NCBI GenBank assembly: GCA_015065225.1
Contig: SVQR01000001.1
Location: 1 to 60,746, forward strand
DNA from: Oscillospiraceae bacterium
GTDB lineage: Bacteria > Bacillota > Clostridia > Oscillospirales > CAG-382
Direction: 5' to 3'
DNA: 60,746 nucleotides
Each line of letters opens with the position of its first letter. Position 1 is the stretch's first letter. Below the pieces are notes generated by a model. It worked only from the letters and a program-made list of their open reading frames with translations, was not told the origin of the DNA and searched no databases. Position numbers and translations under genes: made by a program. Positions 1 through 7,306 of this stretch are shown here, piece after piece.

Positions 1-253
1 CATTCCGGACGGCTTCGGTGCAAAGATAGAAAAGAGTGCGGTAAGGGTACTTCCCATCTTCGATCTTCTCGCAAAGACAGGTAACATTCCGGAAAGAGAT
101 ATGTTCAACACCTACAACATGGGTGTCGGCATGAGCGTTGTTGTCGGCAAAGACGAGGCAGACAAGGCTATTGCAACACTCAAGGCAGCTGGCGAAGATG
201 CATACATCATCGGTGAGATTGAGAAGTCTGATGAAAAGATAAGACTCATCTGA
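1..253 (+). CDS. purM: Phosphoribosylformylglycinamidine cyclo-ligase (AIR synthetase), C-terminal fragment; 5' end lies outside the window
   Basis: The frame from nt 2 is open to TGA 251-253. The translation ...ERDMFNTYNMGVGMSVVVGKDEADKAIATLKAAGEDAYIIGEI... matches the conserved PurM C-terminus (MFxTxNMGxGM). purN follows directly. Confidence 0.85.
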   Translation, partial: IPDGFGAKIEKSAVRVLPIFDLLAKTGNIPERDMFNTYNMGVGMSVVVGKDEADKAIATLKAAGEDAYIIGEIEKSDEKIRLI

Positions 254-298
254 GTTTATCGTCAGATCAAAAATATATTTTCCGAAAGGAACAGACAT

Positions 299-910
299 AT
301 GTCCAAAACCAATATCGCCGTTCTTGTTTCCGGCGGCGGAACAAACCTGCAGGCACTTATTGATGCGCAAAAGAACGGCATTATCAAAAGCGGAGAGATA
401 ACACTTGTCATTGCTTCAAAGCCGGGCGTATATGCCCTTGAAAGAGCAGAAAAGGCAGGCATAAAGACCGCAGTGTGCGAAAGAAAAGCATTTGCCGACA
501 AAAAGGCATTTGACGATGCACTTCTGAAAATGCTTGAGGAAAACGGCACAGAGCTTATCGTTCTCGCAGGTTTCATGTGTATTCTCGGCAAGGAATTCAC
601 AGATAAATATCCCGAAAGGATAATCAATATTCATCCGTCGCTTATCCCATCGTTCTGCGGAGAAGGCTTCTACGGGTTGCATGTTCATGAGGCTGCACTC
701 AGTTACGGTGTAAAGGTTACAGGTGCAACGGTGCACTTTGTCAATGAGATACCCGATGGTGGAAGGATCATCATGCAGAAGGCTGTATATATAGAAGATG
801 GCGATACTCCCGAGATACTTCAGAAGCGTGTCATGGAGCAGGCGGAATGGGAGATAATGCCCCTTGCCTGTGAAAAGGTAGCCGCGGATATCGCGTCAAA
901 GAAGGCGTAA
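299..910 (+). CDS. purN: Phosphoribosylglycinamide formyltransferase
   Basis: 203 aa. It has the NIAVLVSGGGTNLQALID N-terminal motif and the INIHPSLIPSFCG folate-site motif. An AAAGGAA RBS precedes the ATG. Confidence 0.95.
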   Translation: MSKTNIAVLVSGGGTNLQALIDAQKNGIIKSGEITLVIASKPGVYALERAEKAGIKTAVCERKAFADKKAFDDALLKMLEENGTELIVLAGFMCILGKEFTDKYPERIINIHPSLIPSFCGEGFYGLHVHEAALSYGVKVTGATVHFVNEIPDGGRIIMQKAVYIEDGDTPEILQKRVMEQAEWEIMPLACEKVAADIASKKA

Positions 911-913
911 AGT

Positions 914-1501
914 GTGAAAGACACAAAGCTCAGCGGACCTGCGATATTTATGTATAGCACTATCGTATTGATGACAGTGCTTTCTACGGCAATGTTCGTG
1001 TTGTATTACGGAAACTTTACCGACAACGGCATTATCCTGTGGATAGGTATCGTATCCTTTATGATACTGTATCATTTCGGCATACGCATACTCATGGGTG
1101 AGATATCAAAGCTGTGGCATATATCCTATAAGCATCCGTGGTTCAGACCGCGCAGGTTTGAGAAAAAGCTCTACGGATTTCTTCGGGTTCGCGAATGGAG
1201 AGATAAAGTACTTACATTCAACCCGGATGAATTTCTGATGGCGAAACGTACTCTTCCCGAAATTGCCGATACAATGGCAAAGGCGGAGATCGATCATTGG
1301 ATAAATGAGATCATCTCGGTAACAGCGATATTCTTCTGCCTTCTGTGGGGAATGTTTCCGATATTTCTTATAACTTCAATTGCGGCAATGCTCTTTGATG
1401 CACAGTTTATCTTGGTACAGAGATTCAACAGACCTAAGATAGTGCGTCTTATAGAAGCAAAAGAGAAGAAACAACAAAAACAAACAGCAAAAACATTTTA
1501 A
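914..1501 (+). CDS. Small integral membrane protein, CrtO-like (glycosyl-4,4'-diaponeurosporenoate acyltransferase family) candidate
   Basis: 195 aa with a GTG start 3 nt after the purN stop and several hydrophobic segments. WFRPRRFEKKLY..VREWRDK, AEIDHWINE and ILVQRFNRP resemble my recollection of S. aureus CrtO (AELIHWIS, IIIVQRYNRPRL). Confidence 0.6.
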   Translation: MKDTKLSGPAIFMYSTIVLMTVLSTAMFVLYYGNFTDNGIILWIGIVSFMILYHFGIRILMGEISKLWHISYKHPWFRPRRFEKKLYGFLRVREWRDKVLTFNPDEFLMAKRTLPEIADTMAKAEIDHWINEIISVTAIFFCLLWGMFPIFLITSIAAMLFDAQFILVQRFNRPKIVRLIEAKEKKQQKQTAKTF

Positions 1502-1582
1502 ATAAATGAAAGCTTGTAAAGCAAACTAACAATAATTGTCAATTAGCATTTTTAATCGGCAATTTTAAAAAGGAGATTCATT

Positions 1583-2302
1583 ATGAGCATCTACGAAGTA
1601 AAAACAATGGGCGAACGCATCGCCGGCAACAGCTACGTCGGAAGAGGCGTGGTTCTCGGAAAGAGTGCGGACGGCAAGAATGCCGTATCTGCATACTTTA
1701 TCATGGGCAGAAGCGAAAACTCAAGAAACAGAATATTCGTGGAAAAAGGTTCCGATCTTTTTACCGAGCCCTTTGATGCATCCAAGGTGGAGGATCCGTC
1801 TCTCATCATCTATGCGGCGGTACGCGATACCACATCAAAGCTCATCGTCACAAACGGTGACCAGACAGATACCATCTACGAATACCTCAAAAACGGCAAG
1901 ACCTTTGAGGAAGCACTCGAAAGCCGTGAATTTGAACCGGATGCACCCAACTTCACACCCAGAATAAGTGGTATGATTAACTTCGGTGATGCAAACTTCA
2001 CGTATAAGATGTCCATACTCAAGAGCCTTGATGAAGAGGGCAGCGAATGCTCAAGATACTTCTTTAATTATGTATCCAAGGCAGGACTCGGTCATTTCAT
2101 CCATACTTACAATCACGACGGCAACCCCATTCCCACATTTACGGGAGAGCCCGAAAGAGTAAGCATTCCCGATGACATTGATGCATTTACAAACGACATC
2201 TGGACAAACCTTGACGAGGCAAACAAGATCTCGCTGTATGTAAGATATACAAGTCTTGAGGACGGAAGCACACAGACAAGACTTATCAACAAGAACAACT
2301 GA
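1583..2302 (+). CDS. IMP cyclohydrolase, PurO-like (archaeal-type) family
   Basis: 239 aa with an AAAGGAG RBS. The N-terminus ...NSYVGRGVVLGKSADGKNAVSAYFIMGRSENSRNRIF is typical of the PurO-type family. It sits immediately upstream of a PurH that lacks the cyclohydrolase domain. Confidence 0.8.
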   Translation: MSIYEVKTMGERIAGNSYVGRGVVLGKSADGKNAVSAYFIMGRSENSRNRIFVEKGSDLFTEPFDASKVEDPSLIIYAAVRDTTSKLIVTNGDQTDTIYEYLKNGKTFEEALESREFEPDAPNFTPRISGMINFGDANFTYKMSILKSLDEEGSECSRYFFNYVSKAGLGHFIHTYNHDGNPIPTFTGEPERVSIPDDIDAFTNDIWTNLDEANKISLYVRYTSLEDGSTQTRLINKNN

Positions 2303-2325
2303 TAATAAAACGAAAGGGTAAAACA

Positions 2326-3510
2326 ATGAAAGAATTCGAACTCAAATACGGCAGTAACCCCAATCAGAAACCCTCAAAGATATACATGGCAGACGGTAGC
2401 GAGCTTCCTATAGAAATACTTTGCGGAAGACCCGGTTATATCAACTTCCTTGATGCATTCAACTCATATCAGCTTGTTGTTGAGCTGAAAAAGGCATTCG
2501 GTATTCCCGCGGCAGCTTCTTTCAAGCACGTTTCTCCCGCTGGTGCGGCAATAGGTCTTCCTCTTTCCGATAAGCTCAAAAAGGCAGTGTTCGCAGATGA
2601 TATAGAAGGTCTTGATGAATCTCCCCTCGCTTGCGCATATGCAAGAGCAAGAGGTACTGACAGAATGTGTTCCTTCGGTGACTGGGTAGCACTTTCCGAT
2701 GTGTGCGACAAGACAACGGCACTCCTTCTCAAGCGTGAGGTATCCGACGGTGTTATCGCTCCCGGATATACCGATGAAGCTCTTGAAATACTCAAGACAA
2801 AGAAGAAGGGTGCATATAACATTGTTAAGATCGACCCCGACTATGTTCCCGCTCCTCAGGAAACAAAGCAGGTATACGGCATCACCTTCGAGCAGGGCAG
2901 AAACAATTTCGTTATCAACAAGGAGCTTCTCTCCAATATCGTAACCGCAAACAAGGAAATGCCGGAATCTGCAATCCGTGACCTTATAATCTCGCTTATC
3001 ACACTTAAATATACACAGTCCAATTCCGTATGCTATGCTTACGACGGACAGGCAATAGGCGTAGGTGCAGGTCAGCAGTCCAGAATCCACTGCACAAGAC
3101 TTGCAGGCACAAAGGCAGACACATGGATGCTCAGACAGCATGACAAGGTACTTGCACTTCCTTTCCTCGATACACTCGGCAGAGCAGACCGTGACAATGT
3201 TATTGACGGCTACATCAACAAGAACGAAGAAGATGTATGTGCAGACGGTGTATGGCAGAGATATTTCACACGTCAGCCCGAGCCTCTTACCGATGCAGAG
3301 ATCAGAGAGTATCTTGACGGTATCACAGGCATCTCCCTCGGCTCCGATGCATTCTTCCCCTTCGGTGACAATATCGAAAGAGCAAAGAAGTCCGGTGTAT
3401 CCTACATCGCAGAGCCCGGCGGATCTATTCGTGACGACCTTGTTATTGAGGTCTGCGATAAGTATGGCATTGCAATGGCGTTTACAGGAATGAGACTTTT
3501 CCACCACTAA
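2326..3510 (+). CDS. purH: AICAR formyltransferase (PurH homolog lacking the N-terminal MGS/IMP-cyclohydrolase domain)
   Basis: 394 aa starting MKEFELKYGSNPNQK. It carries KHVSPAGAA and GVGAGQQSRIHC and ends GMRLFHH, all hallmarks of the AICARFT domain. Confidence 0.9.
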   Translation: MKEFELKYGSNPNQKPSKIYMADGSELPIEILCGRPGYINFLDAFNSYQLVVELKKAFGIPAAASFKHVSPAGAAIGLPLSDKLKKAVFADDIEGLDESPLACAYARARGTDRMCSFGDWVALSDVCDKTTALLLKREVSDGVIAPGYTDEALEILKTKKKGAYNIVKIDPDYVPAPQETKQVYGITFEQGRNNFVINKELLSNIVTANKEMPESAIRDLIISLITLKYTQSNSVCYAYDGQAIGVGAGQQSRIHCTRLAGTKADTWMLRQHDKVLALPFLDTLGRADRDNVIDGYINKNEEDVCADGVWQRYFTRQPEPLTDAEIREYLDGITGISLGSDAFFPFGDNIERAKKSGVSYIAEPGGSIRDDLVIEVCDKYGIAMAFTGMRLFHH

Positions 3511-3703
3511 AATATAGGATCATATCCTGTAGGGGAGGGGTTCTGATCCTCCCGAACAACAGCGGTCGCAAAAACACCGGCAAAACGGAACCCCGTTCCT
3601 GCGGAACAGCATTATTCGGATAAACATAGACGGAACAACAATGATCAACCAAATACGGGCGGAGTAGAACCACGCCCCTACAGTCCCGAAAGGAAACAAA
3701 AAT
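3511..3703 (+). ncRNA. Candidate structured 5' leader / cis-regulatory RNA upstream of purD (class unassigned)
   Basis: This is a 193-nt non-coding gap in an otherwise compact operon. A perfect 9-bp long-range helix pairs 3527-3535 with 3675-3683. Local hairpins pair 3533-3538 with 3548-3553 and 3657-3661 with 3673-3677. GUUCC 3595-3599 can pair with GGAAC at either 3587-3591 or 3603-3607. Confidence 0.35.
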
Positions 3704-4969
3704 ATGAAATTGATCGTAATCGGTTCAGGCGGCAGAGAGCACGCAATCATAAAGAAGCTGCTTGAGAATAAAGAAATAACCAAAATTTATGCACTTCCCG
3801 GCAACGGCGGTATCGCAGCAGATGCAGAGTGTGTTGATATCGGTGCGAAGGACAAGGATGCCATCGTAAAGTTCGCTCTTGACAATAAGATAGACTTTGC
3901 TGTAGTAGCTCCCGACGATCCGCTTGTACTCGGTGTCGTTGATGCTCTTGAGGAGGTTGGCGTTCCCTGCTTCGGTCCTCGTGCAAATGCGGCTATCATT
4001 GAGGGAAGTAAGGTCTTCTCCAAGAACCTCATGAAGAAGTATAATATCCCCACGGCTACATATGAAGTATTCGAGGATATGGATGCGGCTTTGAAGTATC
4101 TTGAAACAGCTCCTATCCCCACAGTTGTAAAGGCTGACGGTCTTGCTCTCGGCAAGGGCGTTATCATCGCTATGACAAGAGAAGAGGCTGTTGATGCCGT
4201 AAAGTCCATGATGGCAGACAAGGTATTCGGCGAGAGCGGCTCAAGAGTTGTAATTGAAGAATTTCTCGAAGGCCCGGAAGTTTCCGTTCTTGCATTTACA
4301 GACGGCAAGGTAGTAAAGCCTATGGTATCTTCTATGGATCACAAGCGTGCACTTGACGGGGACAAGGGACTTAATACGGGCGGCATGGGTACTGTTGCTC
4401 CCAATCCTTACTATACAAAGGAAATTGCAGAGGAATGTATGAAGACAATATTCCTTCCGACAATTGATGCAATGAACAAAGAGGGCAGAACATTCAAGGG
4501 ATGTCTTTACTTCGGACTTATGATAACAAAGAACGGAGTCAAGGTGATAGAATACAATTGCCGCTTCGGTGATCCGGAGACACAGGTGGTTCTTCCCCTT
4601 CTTGAATCCGATCTCTTTACAATAATGAAAGCTTGCCGTGACGGTAGCCTTGCGGAAACAGAGGTCAAGTTCATGGACGGCTCTGCCTGCTGCGTTGTCG
4701 TAGCTTCCAAGGGCTATCCGCAGAAATATGAAACAGGCTTTGAGATGACACTTCCCACTGTCGGCGGTGACACAGATATCTATGTTGCGGGTGCGAAAAT
4801 AATCGACGGTAAGCTCTGCAACGCAGGCGGCCGAGTTCTCGGTGCTGTCGGCAAAGCTGAAACGCTTGAAAAAGCGATTAAGGTTGCATACGGTGTTGCA
4901 AAGGAAGTTAAGTTTGAGAATGCTTACTTCAGAAGCGATATAGGCAAGAAAGCACTCGAAGCAAAATAA
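3704..4969 (+). CDS. purD: Phosphoribosylamine--glycine ligase
   Basis: 421 aa starting MKLIVIGSGGREHAI. It has the ATP-grasp core ...VVKADGLALGKGV... and EYNCRFGDPETQ. Confidence 0.95.
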   Translation: MKLIVIGSGGREHAIIKKLLENKEITKIYALPGNGGIAADAECVDIGAKDKDAIVKFALDNKIDFAVVAPDDPLVLGVVDALEEVGVPCFGPRANAAIIEGSKVFSKNLMKKYNIPTATYEVFEDMDAALKYLETAPIPTVVKADGLALGKGVIIAMTREEAVDAVKSMMADKVFGESGSRVVIEEFLEGPEVSVLAFTDGKVVKPMVSSMDHKRALDGDKGLNTGGMGTVAPNPYYTKEIAEECMKTIFLPTIDAMNKEGRTFKGCLYFGLMITKNGVKVIEYNCRFGDPETQVVLPLLESDLFTIMKACRDGSLAETEVKFMDGSACCVVVASKGYPQKYETGFEMTLPTVGGDTDIYVAGAKIIDGKLCNAGGRVLGAVGKAETLEKAIKVAYGVAKEVKFENAYFRSDIGKKALEAK

Positions 4970-5005
4970 GAATTGATCTGTATTCGTGGTTAAAGGAGTT
5001 TTATC

Positions 5006-7276
5006 ATGCCCGAAATCAGAAACCACAACGGTCGCCCGGCTATCTTTGTAGACGGTAAAGTCTATCCGCCCATGATGGCGACGATACGTACAATAGATAA
5101 CGACAAAACCAAGACGGATAAGGAATACTACAGAGAGCTCGGTAAAGCGGGTATCAAGATTTTTTTCCTTATCTGCGATACCGAATGGCTGAAACCCGGT
5201 GCGATAAAGCTGTTCTGCGATGAAGCGGAAATGCTCCTTGATGCCGTACCGGATGCCTACATAATCCCAAGAATAGGTCTTCATCCCACAAACGAGTGGA
5301 TAAAGGCACATCCGGAAGAATGCTGTAAGTACAGCGACGGCACACAGCCGGGTACAAAGCTTTTTACGGAATCCTATGTCACAGACCTTCCCATGCAGTA
5401 TTCATTGTGTTCGGAAAAATGGCGAGAGGATGCCGGAAAAGCACTTTCGGATACATGGGATAAACTGATGGAGCTTCCGTATGCCGACAGGATAATAGGC
5501 TGCTTCTTTGCGGCAGGCGGCACATCCGAATGGTACTATATCATTCAGATGTTCAACGGTGACGGTGCTGTGCTTGACCAAAGCGAGAGCTACAGAAGGA
5601 ACTTCACAAAGTATCTTACAAAAAAGTACGGAACAGATGAGATGTTGCAAAAGGCATGGGGAAGAAATGATGTTTCTCTTGATGCTCCAAGCATCCCCGA
5701 GCCGGAAGCACATTACTATACAAGAGAAGTTGACCACGACTGCATATATCCAAAGCAAACAATGTACGCAAACAATCCCGTACCGAAGATGGAATCTCCG
5801 AACGGCTTCAACATAGGTACATTCGTTGATATAGACAAGCGTCAGGATGTTTACGATTTCTACAGAGCATGGCATAACGGTACTGCGGAGTCGGTAATCT
5901 ATTACGGAAACCTCATAAAGAGCAAGACTCCCGACAAGCTCACAGGGGCATTTTACGGCTCATTCGGATGTACAAATTACTTCAAGGACGGCACATGTGC
6001 GGCAGTTCTCAAGGTGCTTGACAGTAATGTTATAGATTTCCTTGCGGCTCCCGGTGTTTATGAGAACAGAGCTCCCGGCGGATTTGTAGGTCAGCGTGAG
6101 ACCTTTGAGTCCTTTGCAATGCGAAACAAGATATATATAATCGAGGACGACTCAAGAACACACTTTGAGAACAGATGGTTCGGTCCGCAGTACGGTATGT
6201 ACGATATGGAAGATACCATGAATGTCCTCAAGCGTGAGTTCGGACGTACAATATGCGAGGATGTTCAGGCATGGTGGTTTGACCAGCTTCTCGGAGGCAA
6301 AAGGTATAAAGATCCCGAAATATATAAACTTTTCACCCGTCAGGCGGAGATAGCACAGGAGGCTTACTCCCTTGACAGAAGACCGAGTGCCGAGATAGCA
6401 TTCATCTTTGACGAGGAAAGCACACACGTCACATCCTTCAGAACAACAAAAGAGCTTGTGGAGCTTATGCGTAACTATGAGATCGCAAGGATAGGCGCTC
6501 CCGTTGATCAGTATTATCACAATGATATGGCAAACCCGAATATGCCGAGCTATAAGATGTATATCTTCTTCAACGTGCTGACTCTTACAAATGAGGAAAG
6601 AGCACAGATACAGGCAAAGCTGAAGAAGGACAATGCGGTTGCCGTATGGATGTATGCTTCGGGTATAATAAACCCGGAAACAACGCCTAAGTTTGACTTG
6701 AAGAACATAGAACAGCTCACAGGCATAAAGGTCTCTATGATAAACGACAGATACGACTCCAACTTCCGCATAAACGGTGAGGAAACGGATTTCACCTGTT
6801 ACCTTGACAAGCGTTTCGTATACGGCAATATGGCAGAAAAACGTACCATCCCGGTAGGTTACAAAGATGACGAAACATGGAATTCCTTCCTTTATCCGCT
6901 GTTTTACGGTGACGATAAAGAGTCAACCGTAGCGGCAAGTTTCCTGACAAGCGGCAAGCCGGCGATAAGCGTCAAGAAGTGCGATGGCTTTACTTCGATC
7001 TTTTACGGTGCAAAGCATATTGCAGCACAGACCATGAGAAATATCGCCAAAGGTGCAGGCTGTCACATCTATTCGGACAGCGGTGATGTGCTTTTCGCAA
7101 ACAGGAATTATATCACATTCCATGCATCCTCCGAGGGGACAAAGACAATAGAGCTTCCCGCAAAATGCAAGGCTGTCGAGGTCTACGAAAACAAATGCTA
7201 TTGCGAAAATTCCGACAAGATAGTATTTGATATAAAAACAGGCGAAACAAGGATGTTCAGAATAATAAAAGAATAA
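5006..7276 (+). CDS. Putative glycoside hydrolase, GH42-like architecture (distant paralog of 47988-50039 and 50082-52130)
   Basis: 756 aa with an AAAGGAG RBS and no signal peptide. It shares blocks with the tandem paralogs (FVDGK.., SEKWR, GGTSEWY, C-terminal ..AGCHIYSDSGDV..). The segment YRRNFTKYLTKKYGTDEMLQKAWG resembles GH42 beta-galactosidases. Confidence 0.7.
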   Translation: MPEIRNHNGRPAIFVDGKVYPPMMATIRTIDNDKTKTDKEYYRELGKAGIKIFFLICDTEWLKPGAIKLFCDEAEMLLDAVPDAYIIPRIGLHPTNEWIKAHPEECCKYSDGTQPGTKLFTESYVTDLPMQYSLCSEKWREDAGKALSDTWDKLMELPYADRIIGCFFAAGGTSEWYYIIQMFNGDGAVLDQSESYRRNFTKYLTKKYGTDEMLQKAWGRNDVSLDAPSIPEPEAHYYTREVDHDCIYPKQTMYANNPVPKMESPNGFNIGTFVDIDKRQDVYDFYRAWHNGTAESVIYYGNLIKSKTPDKLTGAFYGSFGCTNYFKDGTCAAVLKVLDSNVIDFLAAPGVYENRAPGGFVGQRETFESFAMRNKIYIIEDDSRTHFENRWFGPQYGMYDMEDTMNVLKREFGRTICEDVQAWWFDQLLGGKRYKDPEIYKLFTRQAEIAQEAYSLDRRPSAEIAFIFDEESTHVTSFRTTKELVELMRNYEIARIGAPVDQYYHNDMANPNMPSYKMYIFFNVLTLTNEERAQIQAKLKKDNAVAVWMYASGIINPETTPKFDLKNIEQLTGIKVSMINDRYDSNFRINGEETDFTCYLDKRFVYGNMAEKRTIPVGYKDDETWNSFLYPLFYGDDKESTVAASFLTSGKPAISVKKCDGFTSIFYGAKHIAAQTMRNIAKGAGCHIYSDSGDVLFANRNYITFHASSEGTKTIELPAKCKAVEVYENKCYCENSDKIVFDIKTGETRMFRIIKE

Positions 7277-7306
7277 GAAAATTCTATTCCGAAAGGATAA
7301 AAAACG

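Noticed and set aside
2464-3507. Long antisense ORFs in the six-frame track. Examples are 2464-3507(-), 4241-5311(-), 6923-8260(-), 9329-10627(-), 24863-26194(-), 38324-39205(+), 40217-41443(+), 52309-53358(+), 54733-56409(+) and 59785-60498(+).
   Set aside because: Each lies entirely opposite a gene with strong family motifs and a good RBS. Their translations are Cys/Phe/Val-rich and low in complexity, have no recognisable motifs and lack RBSs. These are typical shadow ORFs.
3511-3703. Assignment of the purD leader to a known riboswitch class (ZTP/pfl, guanine/purine, ykkC-subtype PRPP/ppGpp).
   Set aside because: I could not find the conserved cores as I remember them: GGGUCG...CCGCCUGGGC for ZTP, the purine three-way-junction loops, or CUAGGGUUCCG...GGUCCGAGAG...ACACGGCGGGA for ykkC. 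The resemblance to ykkC is limited to short strings (UAGGG, ACACCGG). I kept it as an unassigned structure only.
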